Below are positions 1-9,677 of a stretch of DNA of 64,000 bases, one piece after another; positions within the stretch are counted from its first letter, which is position 1, and every line of letters begins with the position of its first letter. The DNA comes from Bacteroidota bacterium (GTDB lineage: Bacteria; Bacteroidota; Bacteroidia; Bacteroidales; TTA-H9). Position numbers and translations under genes: made by a program. Below the pieces are notes generated by a model. That model was not told the DNA's origin. It worked only from the letters and a program-made list of their open reading frames with translations, and searched no databases. The DNA is taken from positions 19,788 through 83,787 of the forward strand of contig QKGM01000009.1 in the NCBI GenBank assembly GCA_003250395.1, read 5' to 3'.

Positions 1-410
1 ACTGGAATTTCACTGCTTATACACGTCAATGTCATCCAGAGAAGCTGTATTAAGATGACAATACTTATGGGATGTCTCAGAATCTTCCAGTCATATTGAC
101 GTTCATAAAAGAGCTTAATGAAAAAGATTAGTAATAGTCCAAACATCAGCGGTTCAGAAGGTATACTAACTCCAAAACCTAGCTCAGAATCGGCCATATT
201 AATGGCTAATGGGGTAAAAGCTACAGCCATTATCCATACTAGATCAAGCGAAAACAAAAAGAAAAGTACAAACAGAATCCCTACCGGGAACAAAAAGCCC
301 CAGTATTTTTGTTGAATAATTAAATACGTACTGATTACTAAATAAATAATAGTAACCAGATAAAACCATTTCAACCGAAAGGAGGGAACTATAGATTCCT
401 TAACAGGCAT
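1..410 (-). CDS. Polytopic membrane protein, probable O-antigen ligase/polymerase (Wzy-like); only the 5' part is present because the gene runs off the left edge
   Basis: Not in the ORF track because no stop lies inside the window. Reading the minus strand from the ATG at 408-410 gives an open frame to position 1: MPVKESIVPSFRLKWFYLVTIIYLVISTYLIIQQKYWGFLFPVGILFVLFFLFSLDLVW..., with several hydrophobic helices. It begins 2 nt after the stop of the upstream Wzz-like gene in a polysaccharide locus. The family call rests on context and general resemblance only. Confidence 0.4.
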   Translation of the reverse strand, partial: MPVKESIVPSFRLKWFYLVTIIYLVISTYLIIQQKYWGFLFPVGILFVLFFLFSLDLVWIMAVAFTPLAINMADSELGFGVSIPSEPLMFGLLLIFFIKLFYERQYDWKILRHPISIVILIQLLWMTLTCISSEIP

Positions 411-412
411 TA

Positions 413-1378
413 CTATTTGCTTGATTTACTAAATGACCTTTTTAATGTCGTGTTCTCCAGGATACCAATAGTCAGAACTGACAATAATAAAACTGATAAT
501 AGGCTACAGGCAACAATAATCCAACGTACAGGAGTGGCTTTTTTATCCGGAATTTCAGGAGAAGTTACAAGATTTACATAAGAAAATTGTCGATCTAAGT
601 TCATTTGAGCAATATCATATTCTTTCTGATAGTCAGAATAAACAAGAGCATCGGCTTGTAACAAACTAACAAGATAGACGATCTCCCCCCCTTTTTCCTC
701 AAGACTTCTTCTAAGCCTGTTTACTTCTGGTGAATTTACACCACTACTGCCGGTTTTTAGTACACCCCTCATTACTTCTCGAGACTGTTCATCATAACCT
801 GGAACGAGACCATACTCGACACCCAATTTGAGCATCCGGTTTTCTATCGAATCAATCTTCACCTTTTTCCTGTCAAGATGACGTTTATACATCGCAACGA
901 CTTCCTCAAACTTATTATTATGAAGTGATCTGATCTTAAAATTGTATGCATCTATTATACCATTAATAATGTTACGCGCAAGTACAGGATCTGTGTCCAA
1001 TACCTCTATCATAACAGCTTCATAAGGCGTTTTATTGATTTTTATATTCTTTCCATATTCATAATACAGGGTAGACCTCCATAACGGATTGAGTGTATCG
1101 ACACCATAATGTACGGTGAGATCAAATCGTTTTACCACACTATCACGAATTGAAGCAGATTGCATTATCTGAAGCATTTGCTCCGTCTCGCTTTCATCGC
1201 TATATGGCGCTACATTGGAAGGATAGACAATCGCAAATGATTTGTATCGGGGCGAAATAAAATGCTTACCTGAGAATACTACCGAGAGTATTAAAGTAAT
1301 ACCCAGAATAATAGCCAGGTGTACCTTCCATTTTAGGACAAGCTTTAAAATATTAACACTTCTGAAGTAATTTTCCAT
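413..1378 (-). CDS. Wzz-like polysaccharide chain-length determinant (PCP) protein, no kinase domain
   Basis: 321 aa. N-terminal TM helix (HLAIILGITLILSVVF), then the Wzz-type motif region (YKSFAIVYPS...ETEQMLQIMQSASIRDSVVKRFDL), a coiled-coil middle and a C-terminal TM helix (RWIIVACSLLSVLLLSVL). This is the typical bitopic PCP architecture. Confidence 0.6.
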   Translation of the reverse strand: MENYFRSVNILKLVLKWKVHLAIILGITLILSVVFSGKHFISPRYKSFAIVYPSNVAPYSDESETEQMLQIMQSASIRDSVVKRFDLTVHYGVDTLNPLWRSTLYYEYGKNIKINKTPYEAVMIEVLDTDPVLARNIINGIIDAYNFKIRSLHNNKFEEVVAMYKRHLDRKKVKIDSIENRMLKLGVEYGLVPGYDEQSREVMRGVLKTGSSGVNSPEVNRLRRSLEEKGGEIVYLVSLLQADALVYSDYQKEYDIAQMNLDRQFSYVNLVTSPEIPDKKATPVRWIIVACSLLSVLLLSVLTIGILENTTLKRSFSKSSK

Positions 1379-1443
1379 GGATTCAAGATTAACAATAACT
1401 GGTTCTGGAACAACGGTATATAAGTTTTTAAGTGATATTTGGC

Positions 1444-2517
1444 TTAATAGATCTTCACATGGATGTGTTTCATTGACAACTGAGATCCGGGCTTTTTTTT
1501 TTCGTTATCCAGAGTAAATCTTTCAATTCCTGCTGCCACTACAACTGCCAACATAAACGTAGAAAGCATCGTAAACAAAACAATTAACCACCGTATTGGA
1601 TAAGACTTCTCTTCAGCGGGATATGCTGTATTTACAACAAACTTCTGAGGAAGACTTTGAGTCGCATCAACCAATGCCTGGTCATATCGAGCTTTAATAA
1701 AACTCAGTTGCTTTTTCTCATACTCTAGTTGATTCCTCAATGACACATATGCCCCACCATAAAGTGCCAATACGTGAAGTTTATCTTCCAACGCCTTGAT
1801 CCCTTCTTTGTTTGCTTTGGCAATTTCAATGGCTAATTGTTGGTTCATCATCTCTGATTGGGTTTCATAATCATAAACTCCAAGTTTTCTTAGCTCAGTA
1901 AGAGAATCCTCCATCGCCTTGATCTCTGATTGTAGCTTTGTGTATTCACCTTCAACTATATGATATGCCTGTAGCGCCCGTTCTCTCTGCATGATAGTTT
2001 TGGTTGAATCATACAACATGCTGATATCATTGGCAATATCAGCTGCGATGACAGGGTCTGTATCATAGACAGTGATCTTGATAGCCATATTCTCAGTTCT
2101 CCTGAACTCAATATTAGCCGTATATTCATCATACAGACGAGTCAAAGCACGACGAGAACTCTTCTCAATACCATAGTGCCTCATTAAATCATACTTACTT
2201 ATGATTTTATCACGAATCAGATTTGAATTTAAAATCTGAATCATTTGCTCTGTCTGTTCTTCGGCTCCAAATTCCATAACATCCTGCAGCGGGGAATTGG
2301 CCTCGTTCAACAACACCTTTGAGATCCCGCTGGTTGAAACAGGATACATTATCACTACTGATTTAAACATAGGCTTTATGAACCATGGCGAAGAAAAAAC
2401 GAAGGAGGCTACCAGAGCTAATACTAGTATAAGAGCCATTGGCTTTCGCCATCGGTTAAGGAAGTAAAACAATGTCAGCGAATTAAAATCATTGCTGACA
2501 TCTAAATCTTCTCTCAT
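1444..2517 (-). CDS. Wzz-like polysaccharide chain-length determinant (PCP) protein, paralog of 413..1378
   Basis: 357 aa with the same architecture: TM helix (MALILVLALVASFVF), FKSVVIMYPVS...EQTEQMIQILNSNLIRDKIISKYDL, a long coiled coil and a C-terminal TM helix (IRWLIVLFTMLSTFMLAVVV). Confidence 0.65.
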   Translation of the reverse strand: MREDLDVSNDFNSLTLFYFLNRWRKPMALILVLALVASFVFSSPWFIKPMFKSVVIMYPVSTSGISKVLLNEANSPLQDVMEFGAEEQTEQMIQILNSNLIRDKIISKYDLMRHYGIEKSSRRALTRLYDEYTANIEFRRTENMAIKITVYDTDPVIAADIANDISMLYDSTKTIMQRERALQAYHIVEGEYTKLQSEIKAMEDSLTELRKLGVYDYETQSEMMNQQLAIEIAKANKEGIKALEDKLHVLALYGGAYVSLRNQLEYEKKQLSFIKARYDQALVDATQSLPQKFVVNTAYPAEEKSYPIRWLIVLFTMLSTFMLAVVVAAGIERFTLDNEKKKPGSQLSMKHIHVKIY

Positions 2518-2601
2518 AGAACGTTGTGGTTTATTTCACAAAATGTCAAACGAACGGTCAAAAGTATAAAAATAAAGCTAAATCAGCAACTTTGGTTATT
2601 C

Positions 2602-4101
2602 TCAGGCAGTACGATTATTAGCAGAACGTGGTTGTAAATGATGAATTAGCAACTTAAAATCCAACAGCTTTAATGTGAATACAACGATTATTATTAAAAT
2701 TACAGAAATAACAACCGAATAGCCCCATTTTAATGGGGTCAACTTCAATACAAAAGACAGAATAAAGGTTAATACAAGGAATACTCCCAACCGAACCAAA
2801 TAACCATAATTCACTTCTACTTTAAATAGTTTAATTACTAAGTAGATCTGGATTGTAGCCGACATATATTGTGAAACCAGACTGGCCAATCCCGATCCGT
2901 ATGCCATAAGTGAAGGAACAAGAACTAAATTGAAAACAACGCTACAAATCATCGAAATAGTTGCGGTAATGTTAAGTTTAAGAAGGCTGCCATGTGCAGT
3001 CAGTAAGGTTCCCATTACATAGCTCGATGATATTGCGACAAAGCCAAACATTAGCAGGCCAAACAATTGAGAAGCCTGCTGAATACGCGATGCAAATTCA
3101 GTTGTGGACTCATCTATATGAACAGGATATAGCATAGTCATCACTTCGTATCTATAGATAAACGACAAAATTGCAATACTTACACTAAGTACAAACACCA
3201 TGTTGAACGAGAGTGTAAGCATAGGACGAATATCATGTCTGTTTTTCAACATATTGGCAAAAAGCGGAAGCAATAACACCGAGAATAAATAGGCAACCAT
3301 ATTTACGGCATCTAGAATTCTAAAAGCCGAAGCGTAAATTCCGACTTGAGTCTCGCCAACTCCTTTGGGCAACAATCGTTCAATAAATACAGAATCAATT
3401 CGATTATAGGAAGTCATCAACAATACCAGAACTGCATAGGGGAAACTCTTTTTCAAGATCATCAGGATAAATGGCCAATTCCAGTTTAGTCTTTTAAAAG
3501 CTGACTTTCTGATCACAACGACCAATCCGATAATTACTGTAATTATATAAGAAATCGTTTGAGCATATACAAACCATTCCAATTTGAATATCTTTCGAGT
3601 CGCCGGAAACCAGATCAAAAACCCAAGCAAAAGAATCATAAAAACTCTATCAAGAACAGAAAGAATACTATCGGTCGTAAAGAGTAATAATCCGCTGATG
3701 TTCGACCTCAGGTATAGTATGAATGATAGCAAAAACTGGTTGAATCCTACCACTGCAAGTAATCTAAGTTGCTGTTGATCATAGCCAATTAGAAATCCAG
3801 TAGTCAAGGTAAATATAAAATAAACGACCAGCAGTAGCAACTTCACAACGAAGATATTAGAAAAGTGTTTGTGAAGTAAATGACTGTTCTGTGCTATGTT
3901 GCGATTATTGAAATTGGTAATTCCAAGATCAAGAATAATATTAAAGAGAAACGAAAAATTTAATATGGTAAAATAAAAACCGTACTCCTCAGTTCCAACC
4001 AGGTTTTGGAATTGCAAATCAATTCCAAAAATCCATAACGGCTTAATAATCAGGTTAAGAAAAAGAAGGAGGACAAGGTTTGTAAGAAATTTTCGTTGCA
4101 T
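2602..4101 (-). CDS. wzx: Oligosaccharide flippase (Wzx / MOP superfamily)
   Basis: About 12-14 TM helices. The N-terminus MQRKFLTNLVLLLFLNLIIKPLWIFGID is typical of Bacteroidota polysaccharide flippases. I chose the start at ATG 4101 rather than the track's 4167, because the 22 extra residues are not hydrophobic or conserved-looking. Confidence 0.8.
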   Translation of the reverse strand: MQRKFLTNLVLLLFLNLIIKPLWIFGIDLQFQNLVGTEEYGFYFTILNFSFLFNIILDLGITNFNNRNIAQNSHLLHKHFSNIFVVKLLLLVVYFIFTLTTGFLIGYDQQQLRLLAVVGFNQFLLSFILYLRSNISGLLLFTTDSILSVLDRVFMILLLGFLIWFPATRKIFKLEWFVYAQTISYIITVIIGLVVVIRKSAFKRLNWNWPFILMILKKSFPYAVLVLLMTSYNRIDSVFIERLLPKGVGETQVGIYASAFRILDAVNMVAYLFSVLLLPLFANMLKNRHDIRPMLTLSFNMVFVLSVSIAILSFIYRYEVMTMLYPVHIDESTTEFASRIQQASQLFGLLMFGFVAISSSYVMGTLLTAHGSLLKLNITATISMICSVVFNLVLVPSLMAYGSGLASLVSQYMSATIQIYLVIKLFKVEVNYGYLVRLGVFLVLTFILSFVLKLTPLKWGYSVVISVILIIIVVFTLKLLDFKLLIHHLQPRSANNRTA

Positions 4102-4223
4102 CGCTATAACTTTTGAACAGAAGGGAGACCTTATCAGAAGAAAAGGCATCCGAAAAACTTCTTTCAACTAGAGCCCCGAACATCATGATATCCGTAATGA
4201 ATTCGGGTAACTGGCCAACGCAA

Positions 4224-4231
4224 CAAAGGTA
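4224..4231 (-). promoter_or_regulatory. Bacteroidota sigma-A -7 box (TACCTTTG) for the flippase/Wzz operon
   Basis: Plus-strand CAAAGGTA is minus-strand TAnnTTTG, 123 nt upstream of ATG 4101. Divergent from the GT4 promoter. Confidence 0.45.
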
Positions 4232-4309
4232 CGATTATTCTGCATCTGTACAGAGGTTGTATTTTTTGCCAAAACACTTAAAAATACAACTTAAACCCTC
4301 AATGTTTCG

Positions 4310-4317
4310 TATTTTTG
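4310..4317 (+). promoter_or_regulatory. -7 box (TATTTTTG) for the GT4-purD-upp gene string
   Basis: Exact TAnnTTTG, 24 nt upstream of the TTG start at 4341. Confidence 0.5.
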
Positions 4318-4340
4318 ACCCCTAAACAATCTTCTCAGAC

Positions 4341-5474
4341 TTGAATATTGCCATAAACGCCCGCATGTTACTAAAAAACCGGCTTGAAGGAATTGGTTGG
4401 TTTACTTATGAATCCTTCATCCGCATTACGCAACAGCATCCTGAACATCAATTCTATTTCCTTTTTGATCGTAAATGGTCACCTGAATATGTGTTTTCTA
4501 CGAATATAACGCCTATTGTAGTTCCACCCCAGGCACGTCATCCTTTGTTGATAAAACTATGGTATGACCTTTGTATTCCTTTCGTTCTCAAAAGAATAAA
4601 AGCTGATATTTTTGTTAGCACTGATGCTATGCTTTCATTATATACCAAAGTTCCGACATTGCTTGTAATTCATGATCTGAATTTTGAACATTACCCAAAT
4701 GATCTGCCCTGGTTAATAAGAAAATACTACCGTAGCCATACTCCTAAATTTGCCTTACATGCCTCGGGTATTGCTACTGTATCAGAATTTTCTAAAAATG
4801 ATATTATCTCAAAATATGGTATCCAGGAAGACAAAATCGCTATTGTTTACAATGGGGCCAATGAAAACTTTCATCCCCTGGATATCATATCTCAACAACA
4901 AATTCGTCTTCAATACAGCGACGGTTTGCCCTATTTTTTATTTGTCGGATCGCTACACCCTCGTAAAAATCTAGCGAACCTTTTCAAGGCATTTGATCAT
5001 TTCTGTTCATGTAATGCTGGTATAGACACGAACCTACTGATTGTTGGCGAGCGTCGCTGGTGGACAAATACGATCCAGGAAGCATTTAATTCAATGCTTT
5101 TCCAGAATAGAGTCAAATTTACTGGTCGTGTATCAACCGAAAGTCTCCATAAAATTTTAGCATCAGCACTTGCCCTTACCTACGTTTCCAATTTCGAAGG
5201 TTTTGGAATACCAATCATTGAAGCATTCAAATGTGGTACTCCGGTAATTACCAGCAATGTAACTTCCATGCCAGAGATTGCAGGCGGGGCTGCTCTACTG
5301 GCAGACCCTTCCTCTCCTGAATCGATTTCGATAGCCATGAAACAATTGGCAACCGACAAGCGTCTAAGAGATGAACTGATTTTGAAAGGATTTGAGCGGG
5401 CTAAAGATTTCAACTGGAACAACACAGCCGAAAGACTCTGGAAATCAATAGATAAAATTACTCAATCGTTATAA
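4341..5474 (+). CDS. Glycosyltransferase family 4 (GT-B, group 1)
   Basis: 377 aa. N-terminus MNIAINARMLL, and the C-terminal GT4 signature FEGFGIPIIEAFKCGTPVITSNVTSMPEIAG. TTG start at 4341, 24 nt after a TAnnTTTG box. Confidence 0.85.
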   Translation: MNIAINARMLLKNRLEGIGWFTYESFIRITQQHPEHQFYFLFDRKWSPEYVFSTNITPIVVPPQARHPLLIKLWYDLCIPFVLKRIKADIFVSTDAMLSLYTKVPTLLVIHDLNFEHYPNDLPWLIRKYYRSHTPKFALHASGIATVSEFSKNDIISKYGIQEDKIAIVYNGANENFHPLDIISQQQIRLQYSDGLPYFLFVGSLHPRKNLANLFKAFDHFCSCNAGIDTNLLIVGERRWWTNTIQEAFNSMLFQNRVKFTGRVSTESLHKILASALALTYVSNFEGFGIPIIEAFKCGTPVITSNVTSMPEIAGGAALLADPSSPESISIAMKQLATDKRLRDELILKGFERAKDFNWNNTAERLWKSIDKITQSL

Positions 5475-5478
5475 CAAA

Positions 5479-6759
5479 ATGAATGTATTGATTCTTGGTT
5501 CAGGTGGTCGGGAAAACGCCCTTGCCTGGAAAATTGCGCAAAGCCCGTTGCTGAATGAACTTTTCATTTCTCCTGGGAATCCTGGTACTGTGAAGATTGG
5601 GAAGAACATTCCTCTTAACATCATGGACTTCAAACAAGTCGAAGCCACCATTTTTGAACATCAGATAGAATTGCTTGTCATTGGCCCTGAAGCTCCCCTG
5701 GTAGGCGGGCTGACAGATTTCTTAAAAAATTCAAAAAAAACCTGCAATCTGATGATTGTTGGTCCTGGCGCTATGGGTGCTCAGCTGGAAGGGAGTAAAG
5801 ACTTTGCTAAAGCATTTATGATGCGTCATCATATTCCAACAGCAGCATACAAAACATTCAATATCGACCAATTCACTGAAGCCGTGGACTATATAAATAC
5901 TCTTCACCCCCCATACGTAATAAAAGCCGATGGACTAGCTGCCGGGAAAGGAGTAATTATTTGTTCTGAAGTACAGGAAGCTAAAAACACATTAGACGAC
6001 ATGCTACTGAAAGGTCGTTATGGAAAAGCCTCCGGGAAGGTAATAATAGAACAGTTTTTAGATGGCATTGAACTCTCTGTTTTCGTTATGACTGACGGGA
6101 AACACTATTGTTTACTCCCAGAGGCTAAAGATTACAAACGAATTGGAGAATATGATACAGGCCCCAATACAGGAGGAATGGGAGCTATTTCCCCTGTCCC
6201 GTTTGCGGATGAATCTTTCATGAAGAAAGTGATTTCGCAAATCATAGAGCCAACCATCAACGGATTGCTAGCCGATAACATTGATTACAAGGGATTCATC
6301 TTCTTTGGGTTGATCAATGTAAATAACAACCCTATGGTAATTGAATATAACGCAAGAATGGGTGACCCGGAGACAGAAGTAGTGATGCCACGCATTGCTG
6401 AAGATATCTTACCTTTTTTGATTGAAACAGCAAGTGGGACGTTGAAAAACGGAGTTATAAAGACTGATCCGCGATATGCCGCAACAGTCATGATGGTTTC
6501 GAAAGGCTATCCAGGAGACTATGAAACGGGGAAATTAATTACAATGAAAAAACTGGATTCAACAGAAATGGTTTTTCATGCTGGCACAACCATACATCCA
6601 GCGTCGGAACAGTTGGTTACAGCAGGAGGCAGGGTAATGGCTGTTACAGCATATGGCAAGAATGTAAAAAATGCATTCTGCGAGGCTTACAGGAAGGCTA
6701 ACTGCATCACTTTTGAAGGAGCATACTATAGAAGCGACCTTGGTAAAGACTTAATTTAA
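5479..6759 (+). CDS. purD: Phosphoribosylamine-glycine ligase
   Basis: 426 aa. MNVLILGSGGRENALAWK..., ATP-grasp core (VIKADGLAAGKGV, EYNARMGDPETEV). Confidence 0.95.
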   Translation: MNVLILGSGGRENALAWKIAQSPLLNELFISPGNPGTVKIGKNIPLNIMDFKQVEATIFEHQIELLVIGPEAPLVGGLTDFLKNSKKTCNLMIVGPGAMGAQLEGSKDFAKAFMMRHHIPTAAYKTFNIDQFTEAVDYINTLHPPYVIKADGLAAGKGVIICSEVQEAKNTLDDMLLKGRYGKASGKVIIEQFLDGIELSVFVMTDGKHYCLLPEAKDYKRIGEYDTGPNTGGMGAISPVPFADESFMKKVISQIIEPTINGLLADNIDYKGFIFFGLINVNNNPMVIEYNARMGDPETEVVMPRIAEDILPFLIETASGTLKNGVIKTDPRYAATVMMVSKGYPGDYETGKLITMKKLDSTEMVFHAGTTIHPASEQLVTAGGRVMAVTAYGKNVKNAFCEAYRKANCITFEGAYYRSDLGKDLI

Positions 6760-6763
6760 TATT

Positions 6764-7714
6764 TTGTCAATTAAACATCTTACATACAATCAGATAGACT
6801 ACAAAAAGTGGGATGAATGTATCAACAAAGCATTCAACGGCCGCGTATATGCACTATCTTGGTATCTGAATGAAATATCATATGGCTGGGAAGCACTGGT
6901 AGAAGGAGACTATTTTTCCGTAATGCCATTACCCGGGAGCAAAAAGGCTGGCATAAATTATCTATTTCAACCATTCTTCACCCAACAATTGGGTTTATTT
7001 TCCATTGGATTAATAACCCCTGAGCAAATTAATAATTTTCTGAAAGCCATACCATCCAAATACCGGTATGGGGAATTAAATCTCAACAGTCATAACAAAA
7101 TCCCAGCCAGCAACCTTTATCAACTCAGTTTTAATTCAAATCATGAACTCGATTTGATCAGACCATACGAATCAATCCTGCATAACTTCTCAGTTAATAC
7201 TCGCCGAAATATTCGTAAGTCATATTCTCAAAAGCTTTCTCTTTCAAAAAGCTCCAATCCGGAAGAGCTTGTAGCATTATTCACTGCTAATAGAGGAGCT
7301 CTACTGAACCACATTACTGATCTACACTATACCAGATTGATTGCCCTCATGTACAAAGCAATTGGTAATGAAACAGGATTTATTTCGGGTTGTTACAGAA
7401 ACAATAACCTTCTTTGTGGTGCTTTTTTTCTTAATTTCAAAAACCGGTTGATTTTTCTTTTTTCAGCTCTGAGTGATGAAGGAAAAAAGAATGGTGCCAT
7501 GTTTTTCTTGCTTAATGAAACAATTCGTCAATTTGCAGGAAACCCTGTAATACTGGACTTTGAAGGTAGCAATGAACCAAATCTGGCTCGATTTTACAAG
7601 AGCTTTGGAGCTATAGAAGTGAAATACCCGAGAATTTTATTTAATCGACTTCCCTTTCCGCTTAGGATAACTGTAAATGCTGCAAAAAAACTGCGTCAAA
7701 TATTGTCCTTTTAA
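6764..7714 (+). CDS. Uncharacterised FemAB-like / GNAT-fold acyltransferase family protein
   Basis: 316 aa with a TTG start 5 nt after the purD stop. The N-terminal YNQIDYKKWDECI motif and the C-terminal LDFEGSNEPNLARFYKSFGA resemble the FemAB-like acetyltransferase (Acetyltransf_6 type) fold. No specific function can be read from the sequence. Confidence 0.45.
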   Translation: MSIKHLTYNQIDYKKWDECINKAFNGRVYALSWYLNEISYGWEALVEGDYFSVMPLPGSKKAGINYLFQPFFTQQLGLFSIGLITPEQINNFLKAIPSKYRYGELNLNSHNKIPASNLYQLSFNSNHELDLIRPYESILHNFSVNTRRNIRKSYSQKLSLSKSSNPEELVALFTANRGALLNHITDLHYTRLIALMYKAIGNETGFISGCYRNNNLLCGAFFLNFKNRLIFLFSALSDEGKKNGAMFFLLNETIRQFAGNPVILDFEGSNEPNLARFYKSFGAIEVKYPRILFNRLPFPLRITVNAAKKLRQILSF

Positions 7715-7740
7715 AACCCGCTTCCAAAACCACTTTCATC

Positions 7741-8400
7741 ATGATACAAATACTGGGTAATCAAAACTCTATTTTTAATCAGTTTATCGCTGAAATAAGG
7801 GATGAACAAATCCAGAAAGATCCTTTGCGTTTCAGAACCAATATTGAAAGGATCTCAATGATATTTGCATATGAGATTAGTAAAAGACTAAATTATACAA
7901 ATAGAGAGGTAATTACAAGCCTGGGGGTAGCAAAAACACCAGTCCTTGCCGACCCAGTAGTAATAGCATCCATTCTAAGGGCAGGATTACCGATGCATCA
8001 GGGAATGCTTTCAATCTTTGATAAAGCTGAAAATGCATTTATTTCAGCCTATCGTAAATATGCAAAGGATGAAGTATTTCAGATAAAAGTTGAATACACA
8101 TCCAGCCCCTCACTGAAAGGTAAAACCCTTATCCTAAACGACCCCATGCTAGCAACGGGTGCCTCTATGGCTCTTACATACAAAGAACTTATGCAATTTG
8201 GCAAACCCTGCCATACCCACATCGTAAGCATAATTGCAAGTGCAGAAGGAGTTGATTACATCAAACGACAACTTTCGACTGGTGACTATACGCTTTGGGT
8301 AGGAGCCATCGATGATGAGCTTACTGCTCAGTCATATATAGTGCCAGGCCTGGGTGATGCCGGAGATTTAGCCTTCGGGAAGAAAAATGAAACACATTAA
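7741..8400 (+). CDS. upp: Uracil phosphoribosyltransferase
   Basis: 219 aa. PRPP-binding loop LILNDPMLATGASM and the C-terminal YIVPGLGDAGDLAFG motif. Confidence 0.9.
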   Translation: MIQILGNQNSIFNQFIAEIRDEQIQKDPLRFRTNIERISMIFAYEISKRLNYTNREVITSLGVAKTPVLADPVVIASILRAGLPMHQGMLSIFDKAENAFISAYRKYAKDEVFQIKVEYTSSPSLKGKTLILNDPMLATGASMALTYKELMQFGKPCHTHIVSIIASAEGVDYIKRQLSTGDYTLWVGAIDDELTAQSYIVPGLGDAGDLAFGKKNETH

Positions 8401-8402
8401 TT

Positions 8403-9662
8403 ATGAAAAGTATAATTTCCAGAATAATCGATCCTGTAGCCATTGAAAATATACGGATCGCCACGCACAGCATAAGAAGTCATCTGTTACGAACTATTCT
8501 GACAGTAATGATTATTGCTTTTGGAATAATGGCACTAGTAGGTATCCTTACCTCAATTGATGCAGTACGCTATTTCTTTGTTGAAAATTTCACGCGTATG
8601 GGCAGCAACACATTTACTATCAGAAACATGACGATGCAAAGAGGTGGAGAGCATCACAGAAGCGATTTTCTTAAAAAAATCACTTATGATGAGGCTCTTG
8701 AATTCCGACGTAGCTTTAATTTTCCATCAGTTACCTCAATCTCTACTTTTGCAAGCGGTTCTGCAACTGCTCGATTTGAAGGAAAAAAAACGCATCCTAA
8801 TAACAGGGTATGGGGTGCCGACGAAAACTACCTGGCGACCTCAGGTGAAATTATCAGTAAAGGCAGAAATTTTACTTCAGCTGAGGCATTTTATGGCAAT
8901 CATGTTGCTATTCTGGGAGAAGCAGTTGCTGATGAACTTTTTGGAAAAAATGCAGAGCCAATCGGAAAAATTATTGGAGTTGGATCTGGTCGCTATGTCG
9001 TCATCGGTGTGTTAAAATCAAAAGGAAGTAGTATTGGTTTTTCAAACGACCGAACCGTTATTCTTCCATTAATGAACGTCAGACAGGTATTTGCCAGACC
9101 TAACCAATCATATTCCATCAATGTAATGACTTCTCAGACAACCTCTATGAACGCTGCTATTGGTGAAGCTACCGGTATATTTAGAACAATTAGAAAAGTT
9201 CCATTAGGTGAACAGGATAATTTTTCAATAATCAGATCTGATACCTTCGTCGAGATGATGATTCAGAATACAAAGATGATATCCATTGCTGCAACTTTTA
9301 TTGGAATGATAACACTTATAGGTGCAGCTATTGGTTTAATGAATATTATGCTTGTGTCTGTGACAGAAAGAACCCGTGAAATAGGTATCCGGAAAGCCAT
9401 TGGTGCCAACAAACGTACCATCAGGAATCAATTTCTTGCAGAAGCTATAGTAATTGCACAAATCGGTGGTGCATTGGGAATCTTAATGGGGATTGCAATT
9501 GGAAACGTAGTTTCCTTTCTGATTGGCAGTAGTTTTATCATACCCTGGCCTTGGATTATCCTTGGAGTAACTCTCTGTTTCATCGTAGCCATGGCCTCAG
9601 GAATTCTGCCAGCGCGAAAAGCTGCTAACCTTGATCCCATAGAAGCCTTAAGGTATGAGTAA
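8403..9662 (+). CDS. ABC transporter permease, MacB/FtsX type
   Basis: 419 aa. One N-terminal TM helix, a large periplasmic MacB-like domain, and a C-terminal FtsX 3-TM bundle with TERTREIGIRKAIGA and a PIEALRYE end. No cognate ATPase gene is adjacent. Confidence 0.85.
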   Translation: MKSIISRIIDPVAIENIRIATHSIRSHLLRTILTVMIIAFGIMALVGILTSIDAVRYFFVENFTRMGSNTFTIRNMTMQRGGEHHRSDFLKKITYDEALEFRRSFNFPSVTSISTFASGSATARFEGKKTHPNNRVWGADENYLATSGEIISKGRNFTSAEAFYGNHVAILGEAVADELFGKNAEPIGKIIGVGSGRYVVIGVLKSKGSSIGFSNDRTVILPLMNVRQVFARPNQSYSINVMTSQTTSMNAAIGEATGIFRTIRKVPLGEQDNFSIIRSDTFVEMMIQNTKMISIAATFIGMITLIGAAIGLMNIMLVSVTERTREIGIRKAIGANKRTIRNQFLAEAIVIAQIGGALGILMGIAIGNVVSFLIGSSFIIPWPWIILGVTLCFIVAMASGILPARKAANLDPIEALRYE

Positions 9663-9677
9663 AGCTCAGGAACCGGA

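Noticed and set aside
118-315. 65-aa plus-strand ORF at the left edge
   Set aside because: It is antisense to an uninterrupted multi-TM reading frame (1..410, minus strand) that continues the polysaccharide operon. Its translation is hydrophilic and low-complexity.
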